64,000 bases of DNA, taken from positions 1-64,000 of the forward strand of contig CAWCNJ010000003.1 of the NCBI GenBank assembly GCA_963796955.1, given 5' to 3'. Source of the DNA: Endomicrobiales bacterium. GTDB lineage: Bacteria > Elusimicrobiota > Endomicrobiia > Endomicrobiales > JALOBY01. A program made the translations under genes and the position numbers. Of the stretch, positions 42,501 through 54,049 are shown in pieces. Positions within the stretch are counted from its first letter, which is position 1; each line of letters opens with the position of its first letter. The notes below the pieces were generated by a model. The model was given only the letters and a program-made list of their open reading frames with translations. It was not told the origin of the DNA and searched no databases.

Positions 42501-45500
42501 TCATTCGTGAGGACCTACGCCGATAAAAGGCCGACGGAAATAGGCTGGCTTAACCTGCGAAGCAGGGAATCGGGGCTGACGGTCTTCGATCATCTGGGCA
42601 AACCGTCGCTGGAAACGAGGGTTGGCCCGGTAAACAGTCTTTCTATGAAACAACCATACACGCGAAAAGATACAGGAGAACGTATCAATACCATCGGCGA
42701 GACCGAACTGCTGACAGGGGCTGAAACCTCCAGATCATTTTCCGCAGATGATGTTAAAATGAAACTGCCGCTGTATGCACAAACTGTATCGGCGCTGGAT
42801 TACGCGACGATGATGAGGACCAGTAAAAAGATCAAGTACCGCGAGGATGATGAAGGCAGACTGCTGGGGCTTGCGGAGTGGAGCGAGGATGGTTTGATCA
42901 ACACCCTCTACGGCGCCGGTAATTTCACCAAGCGGTTGGCCGATGGCAGGGTCATGTCCGAGGTGGTGGGGCTCGATGAACACGACAGGCCCCTGACCGA
43001 TGCGTCCGGGAACTATTACAGTAAGAGCGATGATAAACTATTGCGGCAAATGGAGACAACGACGTATAACAGCGACTTTTCGCCCAGAGAAAGCGTTAAG
43101 ACGACCTACCCTGGAAAATTCATTGAGAAAATGAAGTTCAATGTGCGCGCTCCGAATGGTTCCCTGGAGAATCGCACGGAGTCGGTGACGGGGGACGAGG
43201 TTGTAGAACAACTGGACCGGTTTTCCGGTTCTACCCGGGTAAAAGAGGTGTATTTCAACGGACAGCGGACTTCAAGAACCGAATACGGCTTCAAGATCGA
43301 TACGCACGGCAAACGATATTTTTCCGCGTTCAAGGTAAACGACCTGCTGGACACTGAACAGGAAGATTCCTCCGGATCACATCGTGCCGGTTACATTCGC
43401 CGGAGCACAACCCGGAATAAAGGCACTAAAGAAGTTATATCTGTCGTCAATTCGAACGACGGCCTGTCTTCCACCGGGTATAACTACGATACGAAGGAAC
43501 CCGCCGTTATGCAGGCGCTTTACGTTAACGGGCCGGTCGTATCCCGGATCGTTTACGCACCCGCTTCACGCCTCACGGATCATGTGGGTGAAACGGTAAG
43601 CAACGAGATCTACTGGATAAATGACGACGGCAGTGTAACCGTTACTGTGGAATTGCTCAAGTCCAGGACGAGCCTTACCAGCCGGTATGATTATTACGGC
43701 GGTGTGTTGCGGGAATCAATGGAGGAAGGACGCGACGGTTTCGCGCTCTATAAGAAGATCCGGCAAAACGTCTCGGGCACTGAATATCTGACAGAGCGCT
43801 ACAACGGAGTTATGGAAAACTCTACCCTGGAGCACCCGGGCGGGGCCGTCGTAAAGGTTTCTGCCAGGGACAAAGACGGCACCGCCATTTTCACCATGGC
43901 AAACAGCGGCGGAATAGATACGTATAATTATGCTAACGGCGACGTTACCAGGCAGACACTGAAATACCGGGGCGGCCCGATGGTTAAAACTGCGACAGTA
44001 ACCCCATCCGGCAGGGAACGGAGCAGGGGGGTGGTGGAATATAATGAAAATGGTAATCGCTGGGAGCTGCGTCTGGAATATCCGGGATCTAGAAGCAAAC
44101 ACTTTGAAGTTAAAGAGATGGCACGGCGTGATGGGCCTGTTACAAACGATACGGTCCTATCCTCCGACAAAACCGTTGTCCTCACCACCGCATATGCCTT
44201 TAACGGATCCGACGGGAAAATCCATCGGATATCGCATTACTACGGTGACCAGGTAGCCGGCAACGAAATAAAAACGGAAGACTATGAGCTTTTGTTCATG
44301 AACGGCCAGCCGGCCCAGGGTGTCGGGGCGGCCACGATCACCGAATACCGTTATTCGCCCGGCGATGGAGCGGTCCCGCCAAGGAATGATGCGGTAACCT
44401 ATTCAGTCGATATTTCTTATCCGGCAAATAACTATACCGTAAGGGAAGAATCGGTTTTCAGGCTAGAGGGCGGCAGACGTATGCCCGATCGCGACAGTGT
44501 GCGGAAAATGAGACTTATCGCCGGAGAATGGAGGCCGGTATACACCGAAGGAAGATATATGAATTGGCTGCTGCCGTCTTACGGCACGCTGGTCTCTTCA
44601 TACGAATATGATGAAACAGGCAGCGGGCTTTTACGGGAAACCTCCAGCGACTTTGTCGATCCTTCCCATGCGCCGTTCACCCTGAGGAACAAAAACGAAA
44701 AATTAGCTGCGTTCTCTTCACTGAACAGTGACGTGCCTGAGCAAAAGAAAATACTAGAAGACGTGGACAGAGTTCTGGCGGAAATAGCCGGGTTGACAGA
44801 TAAGGGGAACGGCAACACCGCGGCGACCCGTGTGAGGATACCGCGGGACGATCTGTTCATAGGTCTGGTCTACGAGTCTTCATTGGATAAAGACGGCCGT
44901 GCGGTTCCCGGAAAATACCTTGGCATGAATCTGTATCTTAACGACGCTTCCGACATGCGCCTGGTCGCGTCCGAAGAAAAGAACGTGGTCACTACCGAAC
45001 GCCGGATAAACGTTGTCTATGAGCTGGATGACGGCAAAAAAGCGGTGCATGGCTATACCAGAGGTACTTCAGGTCTTATCGGCTCTGTTAATATCGGCCT
45101 GGATTATCCGGTCTACTTCAAGCTTGAAGGCCCGTCAAAAAACGAGCTCGTGAGACTTAACAGGGCCCCATTGTACCAAGGCAAGGATGAGGTAAAAGGT
45201 AACGAAGTGGAAGAACTCTACCCGCTGGGCTCACAGGGATTGTCCCTGTTCAAGGCCTATGATCCGGTAATGGGAAATATATATGAAACGAAAGATATAG
45301 CAACGACTGCCTCGGGCGCGTTCACCTACAAGAAAGGGCCGCTTAAAACCACGATGATCTATCGTTCTGCCAGAGAAGGAAAGGCCGTTCTGCCGCACTA
45401 CTACATAGAACCGGTCAGTTCGCTCATGAAGATCCTGCTGATCCTCGCAACGGCTTTTTATTTCCCGTACCGGTTTATAAAAAATTTGCGTAACCACAAG

Positions 45501-48500
45501 ACCGGTGCTGTGGCGCCGCCTGAACAAGTAAGGGAAACGACCGACGGCAGTAACGGGAACGGGAATGGGAACGGCGATATCTCTGACCCGTTCAGCCGTG
45601 TGAAAGATCTGCTTACCGAATGGGAAGACATGCTACAGCACGTTAAAGATCTTCCTGCAGCCGGCCGTCAGCGCTGGAGCGAAGACTGTCTCAACCGGGC
45701 GATGCTGGTCATTAACCTTACACCGTTCAAGATAAGTGATTCACCGGCGGGCCTGGTGAGCCTCAATGAGATATATAACAGGATGTATACCTTGTCGCTG
45801 GAAACGCTGCGCTCGATCCAGTCTTCCGGGAAGAACAGCACGGGAAATGAAGAAGAGAAACTGGTGCAGCTGAATCTTGTCTCCGCCGAATTCGGCGATA
45901 TCGCCCGCTACAGCGCCAACTTCGTGAACCTGACCTCTTCGATCGATAATCTGCTGTTACTATCAGGGTACATGCTGCCCAAAAACAGTTTCCTTGAAAG
46001 AACCCTTCCGTTCACACGGCTTTCCATTATGAACCTGACCCGATTCGTCTACGGGCTCCGTTTCGGTTTTACCGCCTCTTCACGGCTGACGAAGGAAAGT
46101 ATTCGTAACCTGGTCAGGCTGGGGAACAAAATAGACCCCGGCTTGTATGAAAATCCGGCGCGTACCGTTTCGACCGCGGACGATTACACCGATTCTATCG
46201 CCTTCAGGGGCAACGGCGCCGCGTTCGGCATCAGGCAGTTCTGGAAACCACGCAGAGCCCTCCCGCGGGTCATGGGCTTGTTCATGATAACCTCTATCGT
46301 GTGCTCTTTCGCCTTCCTGAATGCCGGGATATCCCTGGATTTCCTGCGTTCATTTTTCTGCGGCGTCGGGTTGTCCGCAGGCGCCTCATGGTTCTTTGTT
46401 TTCAGGGGATTGAATGAAATGTATGAACATAAGATCACCCGCATCGATGAAGAACTAAAACATTACGCTGTGGACAATTATTCCGAAGAATTTCGCGATA
46501 TAGAACAGCGTTCTGCCTTCGAAGCGCGTGACCGCGAGCTCAAGGGTGAGTCTCCCGCCGCGAATGTGATCGTGGTCATGGCGAAAAACGGATCGTCCGG
46601 AAAATATAACGAGCTGGCCGCGCGATGGAAGAACAGTTTCGTACGGGGTGATGTGCCGGTAGCGGTAGTGCCGTACGAGGGTGAAGACGGCGACGCCTAC
46701 GCCGCCGCATTCCATTTTCTCGCTGATACCTATCCGGCGGTAAACCGGAACGGAACAGCGATGGTGCTGGTCACCGGCGCCGGGATCACCGATGATGAAC
46801 AGATGGAGTCGGTGCTGATGAACGGGTATAAGGCTGCCCAGGCCTTCGCTCAGAAGGACAAAGACGGGAGCGGCCGGAAGATATTCATAAACACCGCTCT
46901 GCGCTACACCGGCCCGATAAAAAGCGGAGGCGAGATAACGCTGGTGGGCTCCTGGGCGAACTACGATCAGGTGGAAGCCGAGAACCTGAACCTGGTGCTT
47001 TCGGCCCGGGACGGGGGAGCGCGCAAGATCTATCACGATTTCAAAATGGTGGATATCGTCGATAAGCTGGAACGGCAGGCACTGACGTCGGTCTTTGACA
47101 GAACGAATGCGAAAAAACGCCAAATGCCGGTCCTCTCCGGGATCACGTTATTCAATTTCGGCGATCAGCAGAAAGAACGTGATTTTGTGGCGTTGCTGGA
47201 GCAGGCCCCGAAGGGTTTTAGTGTTACGAAAGATGTGTTCAACCCGCTTATCTTATTCAAGAACGAAGGCGTCGATGAGATGTACAAGTCGCTGATCTCC
47301 CGCAACATTCCCGCGAACGGACGGGGCCGCATGTTCGCTCTTTTCAACCAATATGTTAACCGTTATGGACGTAATGGAAAAGTGCCGTTCAATTTCAAGG
47401 TGTACCTGCCCCATCTGCATGAAACCTATTTGGAAGGCACTGCTGACGATGGTCCCGTTTTACCGGAGCCGCCTTTGAAGACACCGGAACCCTTGAGAAG
47501 GACACCCCGTGAAGGGCTCGCGGCCGCCGAAGGCGGAGTAAGTGATAACGGCGAACTCGCGACGCCGCTGGAAAGAGCGGCACAATCACTGGACGAATGG
47601 GAACGTCTGCTCAGGGACAGGAACGGTACATTCGCAGAGCAGGATGCTGTCAGGGTGCTGAACCTGGTGAAAAATATCGTCAATCTCACGGTATTTAAAC
47701 CGAAAACAGCCGTGATTAACCGGGTGGCACTTCATGCCGTTTACGTGAGGTTTGCAACGCTGTCGATGCGAACCATACGGACGCTTAAAGGACGGTACGA
47801 CGCTATTTCAGCAAGTGACGAACTAAGCCGTGAGAAGTTCCGGCTGCTGATCTCCGAGTTTGCGCCGATCGCGAAATACGGGACGGCTTTCGCCGGGACC
47901 ACGGGCGCCATTGATGATCTTGAACTGATGTCCGGGTATGTCTTACCCGAGAAAAGCCTGTATGAAAGATCCGGTGCGCTGCGCTTCATGCGATTTTGGT
48001 TCGGCTTTGAATACGGCCTGATCGAGTCCGTGTTCCGTGTGAAAAATCGTGCCCGCGAACTGGTAAAACTTGGTAATGCCATAGAACCCGATCTGTATCA
48101 GGATCCCGGACGTCTTATTGAAGAAGTTGACGGTTACACGAATGCCGCCGAAAAGCAAAAAAAGAACGAGGCAATCGGCATCAGTAAGAATTGGAAACTC
48201 AGAAAGGTCTGGCCGAGGACCGTCGGGCTGCTGGTGTTCCTGTATTCCATTTTTGACATCGCGTTGTTCAGGACGGGCATACCGGTAAGTTTTCTTGTTT
48301 CTGTCATTATGTTCGGTATGTGCTCGGTCGGCGTGTCATGGTACTTCATTTTGAGGGGCCTTGACGATGGATACGCATCTTCGATGAGGAATGTTGACAA
48401 GGAGATAAACGGCCTGGCGACAGAGGGGTATGCTCAGAGGCTGTTGTCCCGTGAGCGTGATGCGGCCTCCGGTGCGCTGCTCATGGAAATGAAAAGCGAA

Positions 48501-51500
48501 AAACCGCTCACCGATATAGTCCTTATCATGGCTGAACCCGACAAGGTTGAAAAATATCAAAAACTATTGTTATCGTTAACAGGTTCGTTAATAAGAAAAG
48601 ATATTACCTCGATAGTGCTGCCTTTTGAAGGAAGGGACGGCGCGGCATACGCAGCGGCATTCCACTATCTGGCCGAGAAATTTCCGGGCCTGAACCGGAC
48701 CGGGCGCTCGTTGGTGCTGGTTACCGGCAGTAACCCCGGCGATTATGACAATATCGCAGGCTGCCTGACGAACGGCTATAAGGCCGCGCACGCACTTGCC
48801 GACGAAAAAGACGGCGGCGCCGGCGGCAAAATATTCATCGACGCAGGGCTTAATTATGTGGGGCCGGTCAAGCGGCACGGGGAAATCACGATGGTAGGTT
48901 CGTGGGCCGGCTTTGACCAGGTCCTTGACGAGTCCATGAAGATCGTCCTTTCCGACAACGAGGGGCGGGCGTTGAAGTTGTATCCTGATATACGGGAAGG
49001 AATACAGGATAAACTCGGGCGTCACTTTTTATACGATAAGAACAATACGAAGAAAAGGCAGATCCCGGTACTCGGCGGGATCACGCTTTCAAATTCGATT
49101 CGGCCGAAAAGGAGGCGCAATTTGTAAAACTCCTTGACGGTGGGCCTCCGGGCTTTAGTATCGCGAGGGACATCATGAGCCCGCTCATCCTGCATAAACG
49201 AGAAGGGCGCCGCCGAGATGTTCAAATCTCTCATGCCCAGGAACATCGTCGCGAATAAAACAAAACGTGACCTCCATTTCGGTCTTTTTGACGACTATGT
49301 CAGGCTGTATGGAGGGGGGTCCCGTATGCCTTTTGAATTCTGTGTTTATATGCCCCATCTCAACGAAACATATATTACCAGGGGCGCCCTGAATGATATA
49401 GCCGCTTTGACCGGTTCGGCACAGGCTCCGCTGTCAGCGGCCGGTTATGTAAGTTTCTTGGCTGCGCAGATCGCGATGCCTGAAGCGCGCCCCGAGTTGG
49501 ACGGCATGAGCGTAATGGCGGTATCGTATACCGCCACAAAAGGATTTGAGGATGAGCTCAGTGCACTCTCGCAGTTGGGCAAAGGCGGGCTGGGCGTAAC
49601 CATGCGCGGGCGCACTACCGGAACGAAAGGAGATCTCATCACTATCGGCAGAATAGTCGTGCCGGTCGACGGAGCAAGCGTCAATGTAACCGTCCATGCC
49701 GAAATAGTACGCGACGGGACCGGTAAGCAACAGGGGATGCTGTTCCTTGACCCCGATAAAAAACAGATGACGCCTGAGGCGCAAAAGATAGCCGACCTGG
49801 TCCTCTCCGAAAATATAGAAGCCAGCGGATCGCAGGAACAGGCCGCGATGGCGCTGCTTGGACGGGGAGCGCTTTCTCTTATCAGAGAATTAAAAGATGG
49901 AAGGATGGAGTTCAGGAAGGCCCTGGTAGCAGCCGGGCTACCCGCTGAATCTCTTGACCCGGGGGTTATCCTGCTCAACGGCGTTGAGGCCGCTTTTACG
50001 CTGCCGAACGTGCTGAAAGATGAATATACCGACGATGGCTATCTTAATTCACTCGTGTATCCGTTCATTACCGATGATCTGGAAGCCGGAGTTCAGCCCT
50101 TTTCGGAGCTGCTTCAGCGTTCGCTCAATCCCCGGCTGAACAGATATTCCGTTGTTGACGACGCAAGGAAATACGTTGACCTGATGAAGGCCGCACTGCT
50201 GTGTTCGGACACGGTCCTGGCTGTTGCACAAGACAGCGGTCCCGGGACAGGAGTATCCAGATTACAGGCGCTGAGGGACGTGATACATGTTCTTCCAAAA
50301 GAACGTTTGAACGCTGAACTGGGCAGTGTTCTTAATGAATACCTGGCGCATATATGGGGCAGGGAATATGCGCAAAAACGTGCTCAGTACGGTACATTGC
50401 ATTCCCCTGCGACGGGTCTGAGCACGTTCGATGCTTCCGGTATAACTCCTTCAGTACGGGTTGGCACCTTCAGCGAGATCCCGGCGATCGCCCGACGATT
50501 TTCAGATGCCGGCATCAATGTCGTGGTCCTGCCCGGATGCCTAGGCGGGCCGGACGAGCCCGACATAAGCCGTATAGATCTGCCTGAGGAGGCTGGACGG
50601 CTTGGAATGGCCGCGGAAGAGATAGATATGATCAGTAACATTTTACCCGATGAAAATGATGATATCAGGGACAGTGACGGTTTACTGGAGAACCAGTTCT
50701 ACATTGGTTTTGAACTGTATCATGCGATGACCGAAAACCCTGAACAAAACAGCCAGTATCGTAACTTTGCCGGCACGGCTGGCTGGTGGCCGCAGGTTAA
50801 ACAACGCGCGCGGCTGCTCGCGTTCCAGCGAATGAACGGAGCGCCGCCGGCCGACGCTGTGTCCATCGGTCAATGGGAGGCGAAACTGGACGGCGAAGGG
50901 CGAATGAAGTTTGCAATGTACGCCGCCACGTATGAATATATGCAGTATGTCGCATTTCAGCAGTTGAAAAACGCCTTGAGCGCCATACACAGAAATGAAC
51001 GCGGAATGAAGGTTTTTACCGAACAGGATACGTCTGATGAGAATAGTGTAACGTGGATAAAAATGCTCGGTTTCGACGGCGGAAAACAACGCCCGCTTAT
51101 GAGCGTCTCATCGGCTGATGAACTGACGGGCCAGAGAATGGGCGAGGAATCGGATCCCGGTGGAAAATTATGGGTCGCGATACGCGGGGATGTTTGCAGG
51201 ACGGAGGGCTTGTTAACCTCATGCCTGACCAAAATCGCGGAATCAGGAATGAGGCCCCGCGTCAGCTTCGACATAAGCTCAGCCGATGTGCTCAGCGTCA
51301 ATACGCCGGGCGTCCTGGATATCGTCGCGTTCCTGAAGTCAATACCCCTCCCGGCGGCGGCATCCGTTGACGGTGAAAGGGCATTCAGCGACGGTTTTGC
51401 CCGCGGCAGGGCGATGCCGGTACCGGACGACGGGCTCCAGTTAATTGTGGACGGTGCGGACAAAATACAAAAGGCCATCGATACGCCGCCAAATAATGAG

Positions 51501-51791
51501 CAGTACATTTCCGCTGTCTGCGATATTCTCGCCGGGGCGGGGCTCTCCGCAAACGTCATGCCCGCGGCCTGGAACGATATCAGGGCTATGAGCCTGAGGG
51601 CAAAGTTGTGCCGCACCGGCAATGATCTGCTGACTATGAACGATGAGTTACGGGGCTACCTGCATGGCTATTTTGAAAATGCCAGGGAACAATTCAACCT
51701 TCTCCAAAGCAGTTCGAGGATACACCGGGAGCATGATGTGCTGACCACGCCGCTCTCGGAGTCTATAATTGCTATACTGACCAATGGATAA
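33594..51791 (+). CDS. Giant multidomain membrane protein of about 6065 aa (ORFs 33594-49127 and 49218-51791 joined across two compensating indels)
   Basis: A 15.5 kb uninterrupted ORF plus a same-frame 857-aa ORF. The intervening alternate-frame peptide aligns with the first copy of an internal repeat. Confidence 0.85.
40086..42900 (+). repeat. Intragenic tandem duplication, period 1434 nt (478 aa), beta-rich
   Basis: FLPGHR, KAGLxDRxE, VYENTY, VTGxREEW, NTLTG, RTYADK and ALDYxTM each occur twice in the same order; copies start near 40086 and 41520. Confidence 0.92.
45580..49378 (+). repeat. Intragenic duplication of a module of about 620 aa (helical domain, TM hairpin, alpha/beta domain)
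   Basis: SGYxLP, LVxLGNxIxPxLY, AYAAAFHxLA, NGYKAA, GEITxVGSWA and YxPHLxETY occur in both copies (about 45580-47430 and 47560-49378). Confidence 0.92.
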
Positions 51792-51802
51792 GCCGTAAGA
51801 AT

Positions 51803-51857
51803 GTTCATACTGCCTTAACTCTGAGTTAATACAGTCTTGATAATGCATTGGTATAAT
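51803..51857 (+). promoter_or_regulatory. Pho-box-like array and -10 element upstream of the second ppk1
   Basis: GTTCAT (51803), CTTAAC (51814), GTTAAT (51825), CTTGAT (51836) at 11-bp spacing; TG-G-TATAAT with TATAAT at 51852-51857. Confidence 0.75.
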
Positions 51858-51863
51858 AGCGCC

Positions 51864-54035
51864 ATGAGCTTTAAGGATCCCAAATGGCTGACATTCAATA
51901 AGACCACGTCTGAAAACCTTCCTGAGCGCGCCATGGGGGCAGGAACTCCAAATAATGCCAGATTTTTCAACCGTGATATCAGCTGGCTGACCTTTAATGA
52001 CCGGGTACTGGCCGAGGCGGAACAACCGGATGTGCCTTTGCTCGAGAGGTTGTTTTTTATCGGCATAGTCAGCAGTAATCTCGATGAATTTTTTACCGTG
52101 CGCGTCGCGGAACTCCTGCGCCTGCAAAAGGTCGCGCCGAGAAAACCCTATCCGGACGCGCTGACGCCGGAATCTCTCGCGCTCCAGGTGCGTGAACGCG
52201 TGCTCAGGCAAAAATCCCGTCAGGCGTTGATCCTGGGTTCGCTGCTCAAAGCTCTCACTCTGGAAGGCATACAGCTTTATACGGTTTTTGACCAGAATGA
52301 CGCGCTATTGGATGATGAAATAGAAAAGCTATTGCCCGAAATGGAAATGTTCGTTTCAAAATTAAGCGACCCTATGCCGGCGCTGCAAGGTTCGGATCTT
52401 CAAATATTTATCAGGTTTTCAGATGAATTCGCCGTTGTCAGGTTCAAGAATCCGCGGGACAGGCTGCTGGAGCTCCCAGCCGCTGGTACCGCCCGCAGTT
52501 TCGTGCTCTTAGACCGCTGGATCATTGCGCGTGCCCATAAGCTTTTTCCAAAGAAAAAAGTTATCGAGACTTTTGCATTCCGCCTGCTGCGCAACGCTGA
52601 CATACCGATGGATATCCGCGATGAAGATTCCCATGAACAGCAGGTGATAAAAGCGGTGAGTAAACGTCCCTACTCCCGGATCGTGCGCCTTGAGATCGAT
52701 TCCTCCGAATATACCGACGGCGCCCTGCTGCTGGCTATGAACTTAAAGGTAGATCCGGCATCGATCTACCGGTTCGATCTACCTCTTAACCTGCATTTTT
52801 TTACCTCGTTCAAATCGTTGTTCGAGAAAAGCATGCCGCACCTGCTGTATCATCCGATCGTTCCGCGCCCGCCGGAGGTGCTTGATCGTGATTCCGGAAT
52901 ATTTTCAGTGATACGCAAACAGGATATCATTCTTCATCACCCGTACGATTCTTTTGACGTGGTCATTGATTTTCTCGGCCAGGCGGCCCGTGACCCCGGG
53001 GTCACCGAGATATTCCACACGCTTTACAGGACCAACAACCTGTCTCCCATAACCGACATTCTTAAAAAGGCCGCAAAAAACGGCAAAAAAGTGATAGTGT
53101 ATGTGGAGATCAAGGCGCGTTTCGACGAGATGAACAACGTCATGCACGCGAGTGAGTTAAGGAAGGCCGGTGTCAAGGTGATCACGCCCATTGGCGCGTA
53201 TAAAGTGCATAGTAAAATAACAAAGGTCTGCCGTACGGAAAATAATAAGACCGTCAGTTATTTGCACATGGGTACCGGGAATTATCACGCCGGCACTGCG
53301 CGCCAGTATACCGATCTGGGTCTGCTGACAACAAATAGAGAGCTGGTGGCGGAGGCAAGTATGTACTGCGATATGCTGCAGGGAAAGAATTCCCACCCCC
53401 GGTATGAACAGCTGCTGGTTTCGCCTGTCAACCTGCACAACCGGATCATATCACTGATACAGGACGAAATACATAACAAAAAAACAGGCGCGCAGAGCCG
53501 GATCATCGCAAAGATGAATGCGCTGACGGATACTAATGTTATAGAAGCGTTGTATGAAGCCTCTCATGCCGGTGTACGCGTCGACCTGATCATCAGGGGA
53601 ACCTGCTGTCTGAGGCCCGGCGTTCCCGGCCTCAGTGAAAATATACGCGTTATAAGTATCGTTGACCGTTTCCTTGAACACAGCCGCATCTATTATTTTA
53701 ACGCGGGTGGCAGGCATAAGATATACCTCTCCAGCGCGGACTGGCGACCCAGGAATTTCATACGGCGTTACGAGATCGCTTTTCCGATCACCGATCCCCG
53801 CATCAGCGAGCATATCAGAGATGTCATATTGCTCAATAGTTTAAAGGATAATGTTAAGGCACGGGTACTGCAAGGGGATGGATCATACAGAGCAGTCTCA
53901 AGGTCCCGGAACGCCGCGGCTATCCGGTCGCAGTTTGTGTTCGAACAGATGGCAGAACAGTCATACGCGAATACCCCGCTTAAAAGCAGAAATGCTTTTG
54001 CCGGGATAGAGAGATACAATAGAAAGTATAACTAA
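51864..54035 (+). CDS. ppk1: Polyphosphate kinase 1 (divergent copy B); start 51864 or 51933
   Basis: NRDISWLTFNDRVL, SNLDEFF, HHPYDSF, ARFDE, KVHSK, TGNY, RFLEHSR, SADW. Confidence 0.93.
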   Translation: MSFKDPKWLTFNKTTSENLPERAMGAGTPNNARFFNRDISWLTFNDRVLAEAEQPDVPLLERLFFIGIVSSNLDEFFTVRVAELLRLQKVAPRKPYPDALTPESLALQVRERVLRQKSRQALILGSLLKALTLEGIQLYTVFDQNDALLDDEIEKLLPEMEMFVSKLSDPMPALQGSDLQIFIRFSDEFAVVRFKNPRDRLLELPAAGTARSFVLLDRWIIARAHKLFPKKKVIETFAFRLLRNADIPMDIRDEDSHEQQVIKAVSKRPYSRIVRLEIDSSEYTDGALLLAMNLKVDPASIYRFDLPLNLHFFTSFKSLFEKSMPHLLYHPIVPRPPEVLDRDSGIFSVIRKQDIILHHPYDSFDVVIDFLGQAARDPGVTEIFHTLYRTNNLSPITDILKKAAKNGKKVIVYVEIKARFDEMNNVMHASELRKAGVKVITPIGAYKVHSKITKVCRTENNKTVSYLHMGTGNYHAGTARQYTDLGLLTTNRELVAEASMYCDMLQGKNSHPRYEQLLVSPVNLHNRIISLIQDEIHNKKTGAQSRIIAKMNALTDTNVIEALYEASHAGVRVDLIIRGTCCLRPGVPGLSENIRVISIVDRFLEHSRIYYFNAGGRHKIYLSSADWRPRNFIRRYEIAFPITDPRISEHIRDVILLNSLKDNVKARVLQGDGSYRAVSRSRNAAAIRSQFVFEQMAEQSYANTPLKSRNAFAGIERYNRKYN

Positions 54036-54049
54036 TTAAAGGATACCGG

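Noticed and set aside
49080..49220. Programmed ribosomal frameshifting in the giant gene
   Set aside because: It would need two opposite shifts about 110 nt apart with no slippery heptamer; homopolymer errors, seen elsewhere in the window, are simpler.
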